DNA of 62,700 bases, the filler included. It is 2 parts of 2 records of this genome, joined end to end, with 100 filler letters (N's around TTAATTAATTAA, not from the genome) between each part and the next. Parts side by side here need not be neighbours in the genome. Positions count along the whole stretch, not along the records: positions 1 to 31,256 come from SRR20825006_83; 1 more part is not named here. One strand, written 5' to 3'. Of this stretch, positions 1 to 10,232 are shown in pieces (within the stretch, counting starts at the first letter, position 1; each line of letters starts with the position of its first letter). The position numbers and the translations under genes were made by a program. The notes under the pieces are model-generated. The model made no database searches, was not told the DNA's origin, and worked only from the letters and a program-made list of their open reading frames with translations.

Positions 1-564
1 AAATCCAGGAGCAATTGCGTTGCAACGAATGTCGCGTGAACCAAGTTCTAGCGCAACAGATTTTGTAAACCCAATAATACCGGCTTTTGAAGCTGCATAA
101 TTAGTTTGCCCTGCATTTCCTTTAACCCCAACAACAGAACTCATATTAATTATAGAGCCTTTACGTTGCTTTAACATAGTACGCTGTACAGCTTTCGTCA
201 TATTAAAAACAGACTTTAGGTTAACTTCAATTACCTTATCGAAGTCTTCTTCTGAAATACGCATTAACAGGTTGTCTTTAGTAATTCCTGCGTTATTTAT
301 AAGAATATCAATGCTTCCAAAGTCTTTTACAACTTCTTCAGCCAGTTTTTGTGAATCTTCATAGGAAGCAGCATCACTTTTGTATGCTTTTGCTTTTACC
401 CCAGTTTTTGAAACTTCATCTGCCAATGCATTTGCTGCTTCAGCTGAAGAGCTATATGTAAAAGCTACGTTAGCACCATGTTGCGCAAATATTTCAACGA
501 TACCTTTTCCAATTCCACGGCTTCCGCCTGTGATGATTGCTGTTTTTCCTTCTAATAATTTCAT
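1..564 (-). CDS. fabG: 3-oxoacyl-ACP reductase (3' end runs off window)
   Basis: Manual translation from ATG at 564: MKLLEGKTAIITGGSRGIG...NNAGITKDNLLMR...NYAASKAG, i.e. SDR motifs TGxxxGIG and YxxxK. Absent from the ORF track because it has no stop in the window. Confidence 0.93.
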   Translation of the reverse strand, partial: MKLLEGKTAIITGGSRGIGKGIVEIFAQHGANVAFTYSSSAEAANALADEVSKTGVKAKAYKSDAASYEDSQKLAEEVVKDFGSIDILINNAGITKDNLLMRISEEDFDKVIEVNLKSVFNMTKAVQRTMLKQRKGSIINMSSVVGVKGNAGQTNYAASKAGIIGFTKSVALELGSRDIRCNAIAPGF

Positions 565-740
565 ATAAAAAAGTATTTCAATTTAACTTAAAGAGGTTTC
601 GGTTCCACTTTTATTTAGCTTGTTGTGGCACGTCTAACCAGACATGTATTTAATAAAAAAACCGCAAAAGGCGGAGATTCAAATATAATAAAAGCTTATG
701 GGTTCTCCATAAAAAAAGCCCTGTGAAAACACAAGACTAT

Positions 741-781
741 AAAAAAAAGACCTGTAAAGTTATGAAAACGATACAGGTCTT
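741..781 (-). terminator. Intrinsic terminator after sucD
   Basis: AAGACCTGTA/TACAGGTCTT inverted repeat with an A-run on + (U-tract on -). Confidence 0.65.
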
Positions 782-794
782 GAAGTTTTATTGA

Positions 795-1667
795 TTATCC
801 TAAAACTTCGGCAACTTTTTTACCAATTTCAGCAGGAGAATCTACCACGTGAATACCACATTCACGCATTACTTTTTTCTTAGCTTGTGCAGTGTCTTCA
901 CTACCTCCAACAATTGCGCCAGCATGCCCCATTGTTCTTCCTGCAGGTGCAGTTTCACCAGCAATAAAACCAATTACAGGTTTTTTAATTCCACTGTTTT
1001 TATACCAGTTTGCAGCGTCTATTTCTAACTGACCACCAATCTCCCCAATCATAACAACAGCTTCACTTTCTGGATCCATTATCAACATTTCCAACGCTTC
1101 TTTAGTTGTAGTTCCAATAATTGGATCGCCACCAATACCAATAGCAGTTGTAATGCCTAAACCTTGTTTTACCACTTGGTCTGCAGCTTCGTAAGTAAGT
1201 GTTCCAGATTTTGAAACAATACCAACTTTACCTTGTTTGAACACAAAACCTGGCATAATACCTACTTTGGCTTCACCTGGAGTAATAACTCCTGGACAGT
1301 TAGGGCCGATTAAACGACACTCTTTATCTTTTATATAATCTGAAGCAATAATCATGTCCTTTACAGGAATTCCTTCAGTAATTGTGATAATTACTTTAAT
1401 ACCAGCGTCAGCAGCTTCCATTATAGCATCTGCAGCAAATGCTGGTGGAACAAAAATAATGGTTGTATCTGCACCAGTTTCTTTTACTGCTTCTGAAACC
1501 GTATTGAATACTGGTTTGTCAAGATGTTTCTGCCCTCCTTTTCCTGGAGTAACACCCCCAACCACATTGGTGCCGTACTCAATCATTTGTCCGGCGTGAA
1601 AAGTACCTTCACTTCCGGTGAAACCTTGAACTATTATTTTTGAATTTTTATTTACTAAAACGCTCAT
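795..1667 (-). CDS. sucD: Succinyl-CoA synthetase alpha subunit
   Basis: IGPNCPG motif and RTMGHAGA phospho-His motif. Confidence 0.97.
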   Translation of the reverse strand: MSVLVNKNSKIIVQGFTGSEGTFHAGQMIEYGTNVVGGVTPGKGGQKHLDKPVFNTVSEAVKETGADTTIIFVPPAFAADAIMEAADAGIKVIITITEGIPVKDMIIASDYIKDKECRLIGPNCPGVITPGEAKVGIMPGFVFKQGKVGIVSKSGTLTYEAADQVVKQGLGITTAIGIGGDPIIGTTTKEALEMLIMDPESEAVVMIGEIGGQLEIDAANWYKNSGIKKPVIGFIAGETAPAGRTMGHAGAIVGGSEDTAQAKKKVMRECGIHVVDSPAEIGKKVAEVLG

Positions 1668-1778
1668 TTTTAAGTATTTTCTATTGTTTATGTATATTAA
1701 TTATTGAAGTAAATTCAGTATTGATTTTTTAAATAATTCCCGCAAAGATACGGCTTTTGTTGGGGGAAAGAAAAAATA

Positions 1779-2192
1779 TTAAACCTTAACTCTATGATAA
1801 GATTCAGTAGTGTCATCATTATCGGTTACAGGTTGACTTACTTGGTATCCACGATAAAGTTTATCGTCTTTAACTTCCCAAATTGCTATAAAATGCGCTA
1901 TCCCTAATTCCTCATCTGGGTTTTCCATAGTTCGGATGTAGTATTTATAGCGTATGGTTACATGATTTTCATCCCCTAATAAATGACTTACCTCAATGCG
2001 AAGATCGTTATACGAACGACGTACTTCACTAAAAAAGCTAATAATATCATCGTAGTGCATTATTGAAAGCCCATTGGCGCTATTCCAAATTAGAACAAGT
2101 TCTGGATGAAAAAAACGCTCTAAAACGCTATCATCATTCAGAATATCAGATCTATAAAAATCTCTTACTACTTCTTTTGCTTTATTGTTCAT
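1779..2192 (-). CDS. NTF2/SnoaL-like family protein
   Basis: 137 aa with a SnoaL-like pattern (FFHPE, IWEVKDDKL); 4-nt overlap with the upstream gene. Confidence 0.7.
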   Translation of the reverse strand: MNNKAKEVVRDFYRSDILNDDSVLERFFHPELVLIWNSANGLSIMHYDDIISFFSEVRRSYNDLRIEVSHLLGDENHVTIRYKYYIRTMENPDEELGIAHFIAIWEVKDDKLYRGYQVSQPVTDNDDTTESYHRVKV

Positions 2193-3127
2193 GATAATTT
2201 GTCCAATTTTTCAATAATATCTGGAATCAGTTTTATTGATGCTAATTCTTTATATTTTTTTCTAAACTCATCTGCTGGTGATCCAAAATACGATTTATTT
2301 CCAGCTAATGATTTACTTACACCACTTTGAGCAGAAATTATAGCTTTTTCACCTATTGTAATTCCGCTTGTAATACCAACTTGCCCCCAAATGGTAACAA
2401 AATCTTCTATTAAAACACAACCTGCAATACCAACTTGAGAAGCAATTAAACAACGTTTTCCTATAACGGTGTCATGCCCCACATGTACTTGATTGTCAAG
2501 TTTTGAACCTTCTCCAATTGTGGTTGAAGCGGTAACGCCTTTATCGATGGTGCATAACGCGCCCAAATCTACATTATCTTCAATAACAACATTTCCACCA
2601 CTTAATAGTTTATCAAACTTTTCGGGACGATTTTTATAATAGAAAGCATCACTTCCTAAAATAGTTCCAGCATGGATTGTAACATTATCGCCAATTATCG
2701 TATTATCATAAATACAAACGTTTGAATAAATCAAGCAATTGCGACCAATCTTTACGTTGTTGCCAACAAAAACATTTGGCTGTATAACAGTTCCAGCTCC
2801 TATTTCTGCAGACTCAGAAATTGCATTTGCAGCACTTCGGAAGGGTTTAAAATGATTTGTAAGTTTATTAAAATCTCGAAACGGATCTTCTGAAATAAGC
2901 AGTGCTTTCCCAACAGGGCATTCTACTTTTTTGTTGATAAGTATTACCGTAGCCTGCGATTGCAATGCCTTATCGTAATATTTTGGATGATCTACAAAAA
3001 CAATATCTCCGGGCTGAACAACATGAATTTCATTCATTCCAAAAACCGGAAAATTTGCTTCACCCACATAATCTGAACTGATTATGGACGCTATATTTTC
3101 AAGAGTTTGAGGATTTGGAAATTTCAT
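2189..3127 (-). CDS. lpxD: LpxD paralog (UDP-3-O-acylglucosamine N-acyltransferase family)
   Basis: Hexapeptide repeats; GSKLDNQVHVGHD motif. Confidence 0.8.
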   Translation of the reverse strand: MKFPNPQTLENIASIISSDYVGEANFPVFGMNEIHVVQPGDIVFVDHPKYYDKALQSQATVILINKKVECPVGKALLISEDPFRDFNKLTNHFKPFRSAANAISESAEIGAGTVIQPNVFVGNNVKIGRNCLIYSNVCIYDNTIIGDNVTIHAGTILGSDAFYYKNRPEKFDKLLSGGNVVIEDNVDLGALCTIDKGVTASTTIGEGSKLDNQVHVGHDTVIGKRCLIASQVGIAGCVLIEDFVTIWGQVGITSGITIGEKAIISAQSGVSKSLAGNKSYFGSPADEFRKKYKELASIKLIPDIIEKLDKLS

Positions 3128-3186
3128 TTATGCTTGCTCGGTTTTTATTTCAAAAAAATCATTGAAGTTACTATTGCTATTGAATA

Positions 3187-3753
3187 TTATTCTTTTACTC
3201 TTTCTTGATATTGACCTTTTTCAGTGTCAATTCTAATTTTATCACCTTCATTTATAAAAAGAGGAACATTAATTTCAGCTCCTGTTTCAACAATAGCTGG
3301 TTTTGTAGCATTTGTAGCTGTGTTTCCTTTTACTCCAGGTTCGGTAGAAGAAACCTCTAAAATAACGTGTGCAGGCATTTCCACAGAAAGCGGAGCACTA
3401 TCTTCAGTATTAATAAGAACGGTAACTATTTCGCCTTCCTTCATTAATTCTGGAGTATCAAGTATTCCTCTCATTAAACTAATTTGAGAATAATCTTCCG
3501 TATTCATAAAGTGATACATATCGCCTTCATTATAAAGATATTGAAACTTATGAGTCTCAACACGTACATCTTCAATTTTATGACCTGCAGAAAAGGTATT
3601 GTCAATCACTTTTCCAGTGGTAACACTTCTTAATTTAGTACGCACAAAAGCGGGTCCTTTACCGGGTTTTACGTGAAGGAATTCAATAATTTTGAAAATG
3701 TCGTTATTATAGCGGATGCAAAGTCCTTTTCTAATATCTGATGAAGTAGCCAT
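3187..3753 (-). CDS. efp: Elongation factor P
   Basis: HVKPGKGPAFVR; PGVKGNTA; VPLFINEGD. Confidence 0.97.
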   Translation of the reverse strand: MATSSDIRKGLCIRYNNDIFKIIEFLHVKPGKGPAFVRTKLRSVTTGKVIDNTFSAGHKIEDVRVETHKFQYLYNEGDMYHFMNTEDYSQISLMRGILDTPELMKEGEIVTVLINTEDSAPLSVEMPAHVILEVSSTEPGVKGNTATNATKPAIVETGAEINVPLFINEGDKIRIDTEKGQYQERVKE

Positions 3754-3830
3754 TATAAATTTTATTTTTTAAATTGTGGTTTTTAGAGTGTTGAGTTAAA
3801 ATTCTCAACTTCTAAGTATTTAAACTTTTT

Positions 3831-4616
3831 TTAATTTGAATTGAAATAACCTTTCATAATTCCTCTTTTCGAATTTTTTATGAATTGAAGTATTTCATCG
3901 CGCTCAGGCGTAGCTTCCATTTCCGCTTCAATAATTTCTGAAGCTTGGGAAGTATTATAGTTTTTCTGATATAAAAGTCTGTATATATTTTGAATTTCTG
4001 TAATTTTCTGTGAAGTAAAGCCTCTTCTTCGCAATCCAATACTATTGATACCCACATAACTAAGTGGCTCACGAGCAGCTTTTACAAAAGGAGGAACATC
4101 TTTTCTAACCAAAGAACCGCCTGTAACAAAAGCGTGATTCCCAATCATACAAAATTGGTGAACTGCAGTCATTCCTGCCAAAACCACGTGATCTCCAACA
4201 GTAATATGACCTGCAAGTGTACTGTTGTTTGAAAAAATACAATTATCACCAACAAAACAATCATGAGCAATGTGGCAATAAGCCATTATCCAGCAATTTT
4301 TACCGACAACGGTTTTACCGCGATCAATGGTTCCACGATTAATTGTTACATATTCACGGATTGTTGTACCATCGCCAATTTCAACGGTAGTATCTTCGTC
4401 CTTAAATTTTAAGTCTTGAGGAACCGCTGAAATTACTGCCCCAGGAAAAATATTGCAATTTTTACCGATTCGTGCGCCTTCCATAATTGTTACATTACTT
4501 CCTATCCAAGTTCCTTCGCCAATTACAACATTGTTATGTATTGTTGTAAACGGCTCTATAACAACGTTTTTGGCTATTTTTGCGCCCGGGTGGACGTATG
4601 CAAGTGGTTGGTTCAT
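3831..4616 (-). CDS. lpxA: UDP-N-acetylglucosamine O-acyltransferase
   Basis: Hexapeptide repeats; PQDLKF; HIAHDC; VHQF. Confidence 0.96.
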   Translation of the reverse strand: MNQPLAYVHPGAKIAKNVVIEPFTTIHNNVVIGEGTWIGSNVTIMEGARIGKNCNIFPGAVISAVPQDLKFKDEDTTVEIGDGTTIREYVTINRGTIDRGKTVVGKNCWIMAYCHIAHDCFVGDNCIFSNNSTLAGHITVGDHVVLAGMTAVHQFCMIGNHAFVTGGSLVRKDVPPFVKAAREPLSYVGINSIGLRRRGFTSQKITEIQNIYRLLYQKNYNTSQASEIIEAEMEATPERDEILQFIKNSKRGIMKGYFNSN

Positions 4617-4685
4617 TATATAATATATTATATTTTAAATGAAATTAGGGTTATGCTTTAAAAACTTAAAACACGCTAATTTCAT

Positions 4686-6092
4686 CTATAAGTTTTTTGT
4701 TTTTACCATTTGGGCCATTAATTCAGCCTCGGTTACAAGCTTGTCGTTTGCATACGCATTACCTTTCATATGAACTATACCACGACGAATTGGTGACATT
4801 AATTCTAATTTAAAAATAAGTGTATCCCCTGGGTTAACTTGTTGTTTAAATTTTACATTGTTTATTTTCATAAAGAATGTAAGGTAATTTTCAGGATCAG
4901 GAACAGTGCTTAATGCAAGGATTCCGCCTGTTTGAGCCATTGCTTCAACAATTAAAACACCAGGCATAACGGGTGCTCCAGGAAAATGACCTACAAAAAA
5001 CGGCTCGTTCATTGTAACATTTTTAAGCCCTACTACGTGAGTGTCAGACATCTCCATGATTTTATCGACCAATAAAAACGGTGGCCTATGTGGAAGCATA
5101 GCCATAATTTGGTTTACATCCTTTACTGGAGGTTGGTTTATATCGAATTTTGGGATGTTATTTCGACTTTCTTGTTTTATTATTTTAGAAAGTTTTTTCG
5201 CAAACTGAGTGTTTACGTGATGTCCAGGCTTATTTGCAATTACTTTTCCTCGAATTCGAGTTCCCACTAAAGCTAAATCCCCAATAACATCTAAAAGCTT
5301 ATGTCTTGCAGCTTCATTTGGGTAATGTAGTGTTAGGTTGTCTAAAATTCCATTTGGTTTTACAGAAATTGTATCCTTTCCAAAAGCAGTTCGAAGTTTA
5401 TCCATCGTGCCTGGTGAAAGCTCTTTATCTACATAAACTATAGCATTATTAAGATCACCACCTTTAATGAGTCCGTGTTCTAATAACATTTCAATTTCAT
5501 GAAGAAAGCTAAAGGTTCTTGCGTTTGCAATTTCATCTTTAAATCCTGAAATATGTTTTAATGAAGCATTTTGTGTTCCTAAAACTTTAGTGCCAAAATC
5601 AACCATGGTTGTAACCTGGTATTCATCAGAAGGCATTACGATTATTTCACTACCCGTTTCTTCGTCTAGGTATGAAATAACTTCTTTAACAACATACTCT
5701 TCTCTTGGCGCATCTTGCTCTACAACACCTGCTTTTTCAACGGCTTCAACAAAAAACTTTGAAGATCCATCCATTATTGGTGGTTCAGAAGCATTTAATT
5801 CCATAATGCAATTATCCACTTCAAGACCTACCAATGCAGCAAGTACATGTTCAGATGTTTGGATTTTTACACCGCGTTTTTCAAGATTTGTACCTCTTTG
5901 TGTATTGACTACGTAATTAGCATCTGCTTCAATTACAGGATGCCCTTCCAAATCAATTCTCACAAACGAATACCCGTGGTTTTCGGGTGCGGGTTTAAAC
6001 GTTATGGTAACTTCTTTACCCGTATGCAGACCGACTCCGGTAAGCGAAATTTCCTTTCCGAGGGTGCGCTGTTTTACAACACTTTCATTCAT
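4686..6092 (-). CDS. lpxC: Bifunctional LpxC/FabZ
   Basis: LpxC motifs GVGLHTG, TSEH, HKLLD fused to FabZ motifs LPHRPPFLLVD and GHFPGAPVMPGV. Start moved to ATG 6092, which overlaps the lpxD stop. Confidence 0.95.
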   Translation of the reverse strand: MNESVVKQRTLGKEISLTGVGLHTGKEVTITFKPAPENHGYSFVRIDLEGHPVIEADANYVVNTQRGTNLEKRGVKIQTSEHVLAALVGLEVDNCIMELNASEPPIMDGSSKFFVEAVEKAGVVEQDAPREEYVVKEVISYLDEETGSEIIVMPSDEYQVTTMVDFGTKVLGTQNASLKHISGFKDEIANARTFSFLHEIEMLLEHGLIKGGDLNNAIVYVDKELSPGTMDKLRTAFGKDTISVKPNGILDNLTLHYPNEAARHKLLDVIGDLALVGTRIRGKVIANKPGHHVNTQFAKKLSKIIKQESRNNIPKFDINQPPVKDVNQIMAMLPHRPPFLLVDKIMEMSDTHVVGLKNVTMNEPFFVGHFPGAPVMPGVLIVEAMAQTGGILALSTVPDPENYLTFFMKINNVKFKQQVNPGDTLIFKLELMSPIRRGIVHMKGNAYANDKLVTEAELMAQMVKTKNL

Positions 6093-7110
6093 TATCAAGC
6101 TTTTTTTCAACTATATTGAACCTATCCATTATTTTGGGTAGGTTTTTAAAATACACATAACTTTTATTGTAATCGCCATAATTTAACGCTGGCGATCCTT
6201 GTAATGTTTCATTATCTTTTACGTTTCTACCGATTCCGCTTTGGGCTTGTATTTTTACATTGTCACCAATAATAATATGCCCAGCAATACCAACTTGGCC
6301 ACCAATCATACAATTTTTACCAATTTTTGTTGAACCAGCAATACCTGTTTGCGCGGCTATTACAGTGTTTTCACCAATAGTAACATTATGGGCTATCTGA
6401 ATTTGATTATCCAACTTCACCCCTTTTTTTATAACTGTAGAACCCAGTGTGGCACGATCTATTGTGGTACCTGCGCCTATATCTACATTATCTTCAATAA
6501 TTACATTTCCAGTTTGGGGTACCTTATGGTACTCTCCTTTTTCATTTGGTGTAAAACCAAAACCATCAGCACCTATAATTACACCACCATGAACTACACA
6601 AGAAGCACCAACAACTGTTTCAGAATAAAGTTTTGCTCCTGTAAAAAGAATTGTTTTATCGCCAATAGTAACATTATCACCAATATAAACATTAGGGAAA
6701 ATTTTTACATTATCACCTATTTTTACATTTTCTCCTATATATGAAAAAGCGCCTAAATATAAATTTTCACCATATTTGGCACTTTCTGAAACAAAAACAG
6801 GGTTTTCAATCCCCGTTTTATTCATTTTTACTTGATTGTAATATTCTAAAAGCTGCGAAAAGGCTTTATATGCATTTTCTACCCTAATTAAAGTGGTTTC
6901 TATTTTGCTTTCAGGAGTAAAGTCGTCATTTACTATTGTAATTGAAGCTTTAGTGGAATATATATAATGCGTGTATTTTGGATTCGCCAAAAAAGTAAGG
7001 CTCCCTTTATTCCCTTCTTCAATTTTTGCAAGTTGTGAAACTTCTACTCCTTCATCGCCATCTACGGTACCGTTTAAAATTCCTGCTATTTGAGCTGCTG
7101 TAAATTTCAT
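6085..7110 (-). CDS. lpxD: UDP-3-O-(3-hydroxyacyl)glucosamine N-acyltransferase
   Basis: IGADGFGF; TIDRAT; KLDNQIQIAHNV. Confidence 0.95.
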   Translation of the reverse strand: MKFTAAQIAGILNGTVDGDEGVEVSQLAKIEEGNKGSLTFLANPKYTHYIYSTKASITIVNDDFTPESKIETTLIRVENAYKAFSQLLEYYNQVKMNKTGIENPVFVSESAKYGENLYLGAFSYIGENVKIGDNVKIFPNVYIGDNVTIGDKTILFTGAKLYSETVVGASCVVHGGVIIGADGFGFTPNEKGEYHKVPQTGNVIIEDNVDIGAGTTIDRATLGSTVIKKGVKLDNQIQIAHNVTIGENTVIAAQTGIAGSTKIGKNCMIGGQVGIAGHIIIGDNVKIQAQSGIGRNVKDNETLQGSPALNYGDYNKSYVYFKNLPKIMDRFNIVEKKLDNE

Positions 7111-7230
7111 TGGATGTGTTGGATTATTTTAACCAAATTATAGAAAGTTGGCAACCGCAAAATAGTATTTTTTATGTGAATTAAATTTTGTTGGTTGGTT
7201 TTCATTCTTGCAAAAATAGAAAAAAAGGAG

Positions 7231-8475
7231 TTAGCGTTGATAGCTATCTATATTGTTTTTTGGATAGCACATATAGTATTTTACAACAGATTTTGAAAGC
7301 GCCTCCAAGTTTAGTTGGTCACTTGCCTTTGCAACATCAACTGTTTTACCGCTTTTCTTAAGTAAGTTTATCGTATCTTTTTCCATGCTATAGGCTTGAT
7401 TCTGCATTTTTCCAGTAAAAACAAAATAGGAAGCTTCTTCCTCAGAAAGTTTGAAAATTTCACTTAATTTTTCTCTTTTTTCAGCTACTTTTTGAATTGA
7501 AAAAGGTTGCGATTTCACTTTTACTTTCAATAAATCACGATTTAAAAGCATTTTTGAAAGGTTTTTAAGCACAAAATCAGCGCTACTTACCCACATTTTC
7601 ATTGCGGAAATTATATCGTAATCATCAAGCTTTGAAAAAGTATTTAGCACTTCATCCGAAAAATCATCTAAACTTATGTTATTTTTTAGAAAAAAACGTA
7701 AGCCTTCACTTGCAGGAAGCTCCACTCCTTCAGCAGTTAATTGCTTGGCGCGTTTTAGCACACGTACTAAAAGTTGCTCTGCCACAATGCCAGTTTTATG
7801 AAGATATACTTGCCAGTACATCAATCTACGGGCAATTAAAAAGTTTTCAACCGAATAAATACCTTTTTCTTCAACCACCAATGCATCATCCTTAACATTT
7901 AGCATCGCAATTAATCGTTGTGCATTTACCGTGCCTTCAGAAACTCCTGTATAAAAACTATCTCGTTTTAGGTAATCTAAACGATCCATGTCTAACTGTC
8001 CAGAAACCAATTGATGTAAAAATTTTCGCGGGTATTCATCTTTAAATATTTGTATGGCAAGCGTTAAACCGTTGTTAAACTTTCGGTTCAACGCCTCCAT
8101 AAAAAGTAGTGAAATTTGCTCATGGCTCACGTTTTCTACGATGCTATTTTCCATAGCATGTGAAAAAGGACCATGACCAATATCATGAAGAAATATAGCA
8201 ACATACAAGGCTTCTTCTTCTGTTGCAGAAATGACTACGCCTTTAGACTTAAGTACTTGCACGGCTTTTTGCATTAAAAACATGGCGCCAAGTGCATGAT
8301 GAAAACGAGTGTGATGTGCACCAGGATAAACGATATACGAAAACCCCATTTGCGAAATTCTACGGAGCCTCTGGAAATATTTGTGCTCCATTAAATCGAA
8401 AATCAGTTTTGTAGGTATGGTAATAAAACCATAGATAGGGTCGTTTATAATTTTAAGCTTTGGAAGGGATTTCAA
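7231..8475 (-). CDS. HD-domain phosphohydrolase (YwfO/SAMHD1-like)
   Basis: DPIYG, HTRFHHALG, LHDIGHGPFSH, DMDRLDYL motifs. Confidence 0.9.
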   Translation of the reverse strand: MKSLPKLKIINDPIYGFITIPTKLIFDLMEHKYFQRLRRISQMGFSYIVYPGAHHTRFHHALGAMFLMQKAVQVLKSKGVVISATEEEALYVAIFLHDIGHGPFSHAMENSIVENVSHEQISLLFMEALNRKFNNGLTLAIQIFKDEYPRKFLHQLVSGQLDMDRLDYLKRDSFYTGVSEGTVNAQRLIAMLNVKDDALVVEEKGIYSVENFLIARRLMYWQVYLHKTGIVAEQLLVRVLKRAKQLTAEGVELPASEGLRFFLKNNISLDDFSDEVLNTFSKLDDYDIISAMKMWVSSADFVLKNLSKMLLNRDLLKVKVKSQPFSIQKVAEKREKLSEIFKLSEEEASYFVFTGKMQNQAYSMEKDTINLLKKSGKTVDVAKASDQLNLEALSKSVVKYYMCYPKNNIDSYQR

Positions 8476-8587
8476 ACTTTAACTTTTAATTAATAGCTTC
8501 AAAAATTTTTTGAAATAATTCAGGATTATTTTTGAAGAAAATTCTTCGTAAAAGCGCAGAATTATTTACACACACAAATATACATAT

Positions 8588-10138
8588 ATGAGCGACATAA
8601 AAGTACTATGGGTTGATGATGAAATAGATTTGCTTAAACCACATATTCTATTCCTTGAGAATAAAAACTATAAAGTAACTACAGCACAGAGCGGTACAGA
8701 AGCTTTGGAAGAAATAAAAAAAGAAACATTCGATATTGTTTTTTTAGATGAAAATATGCCTGGTCTCACTGGGCTTGAAACTTTAGCTGAAATTAAAGAA
8801 CAACAAGCTTCCTTGCCTGTGGTAATGATTACAAAAAGCGAGGAAGAATATATAATGGAAGAAGCAATTGGTTCTAAAATTGCCGATTACCTTATAAAAC
8901 CTGTAAATCCACACCAAATTTTGTTGAGTTTAAAGAAAAACTTAGACCACAACAGATTGGTTTCTGAGAAAACTACCTCAAATTATCAGCAGGAATTCCG
9001 CAAGATCGCAATGGATTTATCGATGGTGAATAGTTTTGAGGAATGGAAAGACCTTTATCAAAAATTAGTGTACTGGGAGTTAGAGCTAGAAAATATTGAA
9101 GATTCTGGGATGTTTGAGATTTTAGAATCTCAAAAAACAGAAGCTAATAATCAGTTTTGCAAATTTATAGACAAAAACTACCCAAGGTGGTTTGAAGATC
9201 AAGAAGAAGCTCCAACTATGTCTCACACACTTTTCAGAGATAAAGTACAGCCAGAGCTTCAACAAGGCACTCCTACACTTCTTGTAGTGGTTGATAATTT
9301 AAGGTTTGACCAATGGAAAGCTTTTGAACCTACAATTGCTACTATTTACAAAAAAACTACTGAAGATCTTTTCTGTAGTATTCTACCAACTGCTACACAG
9401 TATTCACGTAATGCTATTTTCTCTGGACTTATGCCTAGTGAAATGGAAAAGTTGCATCCCGACCTTTGGTTGAACGATACCGAAGAAGGTGGAAAAAACA
9501 TGAAAGAAGAAGCGTTTTTTACGGCGCAACTTAAAAGACTTGGGCTAAAATTAAACTGGAGTTACCATAAAATTTCTAGTTTAAAACAAGGTAAAAAACT
9601 AGTTGAAAATTTTAAGAGTCATAAAGATGAAGATTTAACAGTTGTAGTTTACAACTTTGTTGATATGCTTTCACACTCAAAAACAGAAATGGAAGTAATA
9701 AAAGAGCTTGCTTCAAATGATAAATCATATCGTTCTTTAACTCAAAGTTGGTTTAAAAACTCACCTTTATTAGAGATAATCCAGCAAGCAGCGCGCTTAG
9801 GTTTTAAATTAATTATTACCACAGACCACGGTACAATTAACGTAAAAAACCCTTCAAAAGTAATAGGTGACAAAAATACCAGCCTTAACCTACGCTATAA
9901 AACAGGGAAAAGCCTTACCTATGAAGACAAAGAAGTTTTGGCTGCAAAAGATCCAAAATCTATTTACTTACCTACTATAAATATGAGCAGTTCGTTTATT
10001 TTTGCCAAAGGAGATTATTTCTTTGCATACCCAAACAACTACAATCACTATGTGGGTTACTATCGAAATACTTACCAACACGGTGGAGTTTCATTAGAAG
10101 AAATGATTATTCCGTTTTCAGTGTTAACACCGAGGTAG
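8588..10138 (+). CDS. porX: T9SS response regulator PorX (REC + PglZ/alkaline-phosphatase-like domain)
   Basis: N-terminal receiver domain (VDDE, LDENMPG); C-terminal LPTATQYSRNAIF, TTDHG, QHGGVSLEEM; followed by tsaE. Confidence 0.9.
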   Translation: MSDIKVLWVDDEIDLLKPHILFLENKNYKVTTAQSGTEALEEIKKETFDIVFLDENMPGLTGLETLAEIKEQQASLPVVMITKSEEEYIMEEAIGSKIADYLIKPVNPHQILLSLKKNLDHNRLVSEKTTSNYQQEFRKIAMDLSMVNSFEEWKDLYQKLVYWELELENIEDSGMFEILESQKTEANNQFCKFIDKNYPRWFEDQEEAPTMSHTLFRDKVQPELQQGTPTLLVVVDNLRFDQWKAFEPTIATIYKKTTEDLFCSILPTATQYSRNAIFSGLMPSEMEKLHPDLWLNDTEEGGKNMKEEAFFTAQLKRLGLKLNWSYHKISSLKQGKKLVENFKSHKDEDLTVVVYNFVDMLSHSKTEMEVIKELASNDKSYRSLTQSWFKNSPLLEIIQQAARLGFKLIITTDHGTINVKNPSKVIGDKNTSLNLRYKTGKSLTYEDKEVLAAKDPKSIYLPTINMSSSFIFAKGDYFFAYPNNYNHYVGYYRNTYQHGGVSLEEMIIPFSVLTPR

Positions 10139-10232
10139 CACGTTTAAATTCCTATAAATTGAAACCAAACAATTGTTTTGCAAATCATGGATTTGACAAA
10201 TAATTTTTTCTATATTCGTTTTGATTTTAAAA

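Noticed and set aside
8588..10138. PglZ domain as a BREX/Pgl defence system
   Set aside because: REC fusion and tsaE linkage identify PorX; no brxC, pglX or other BREX genes nearby
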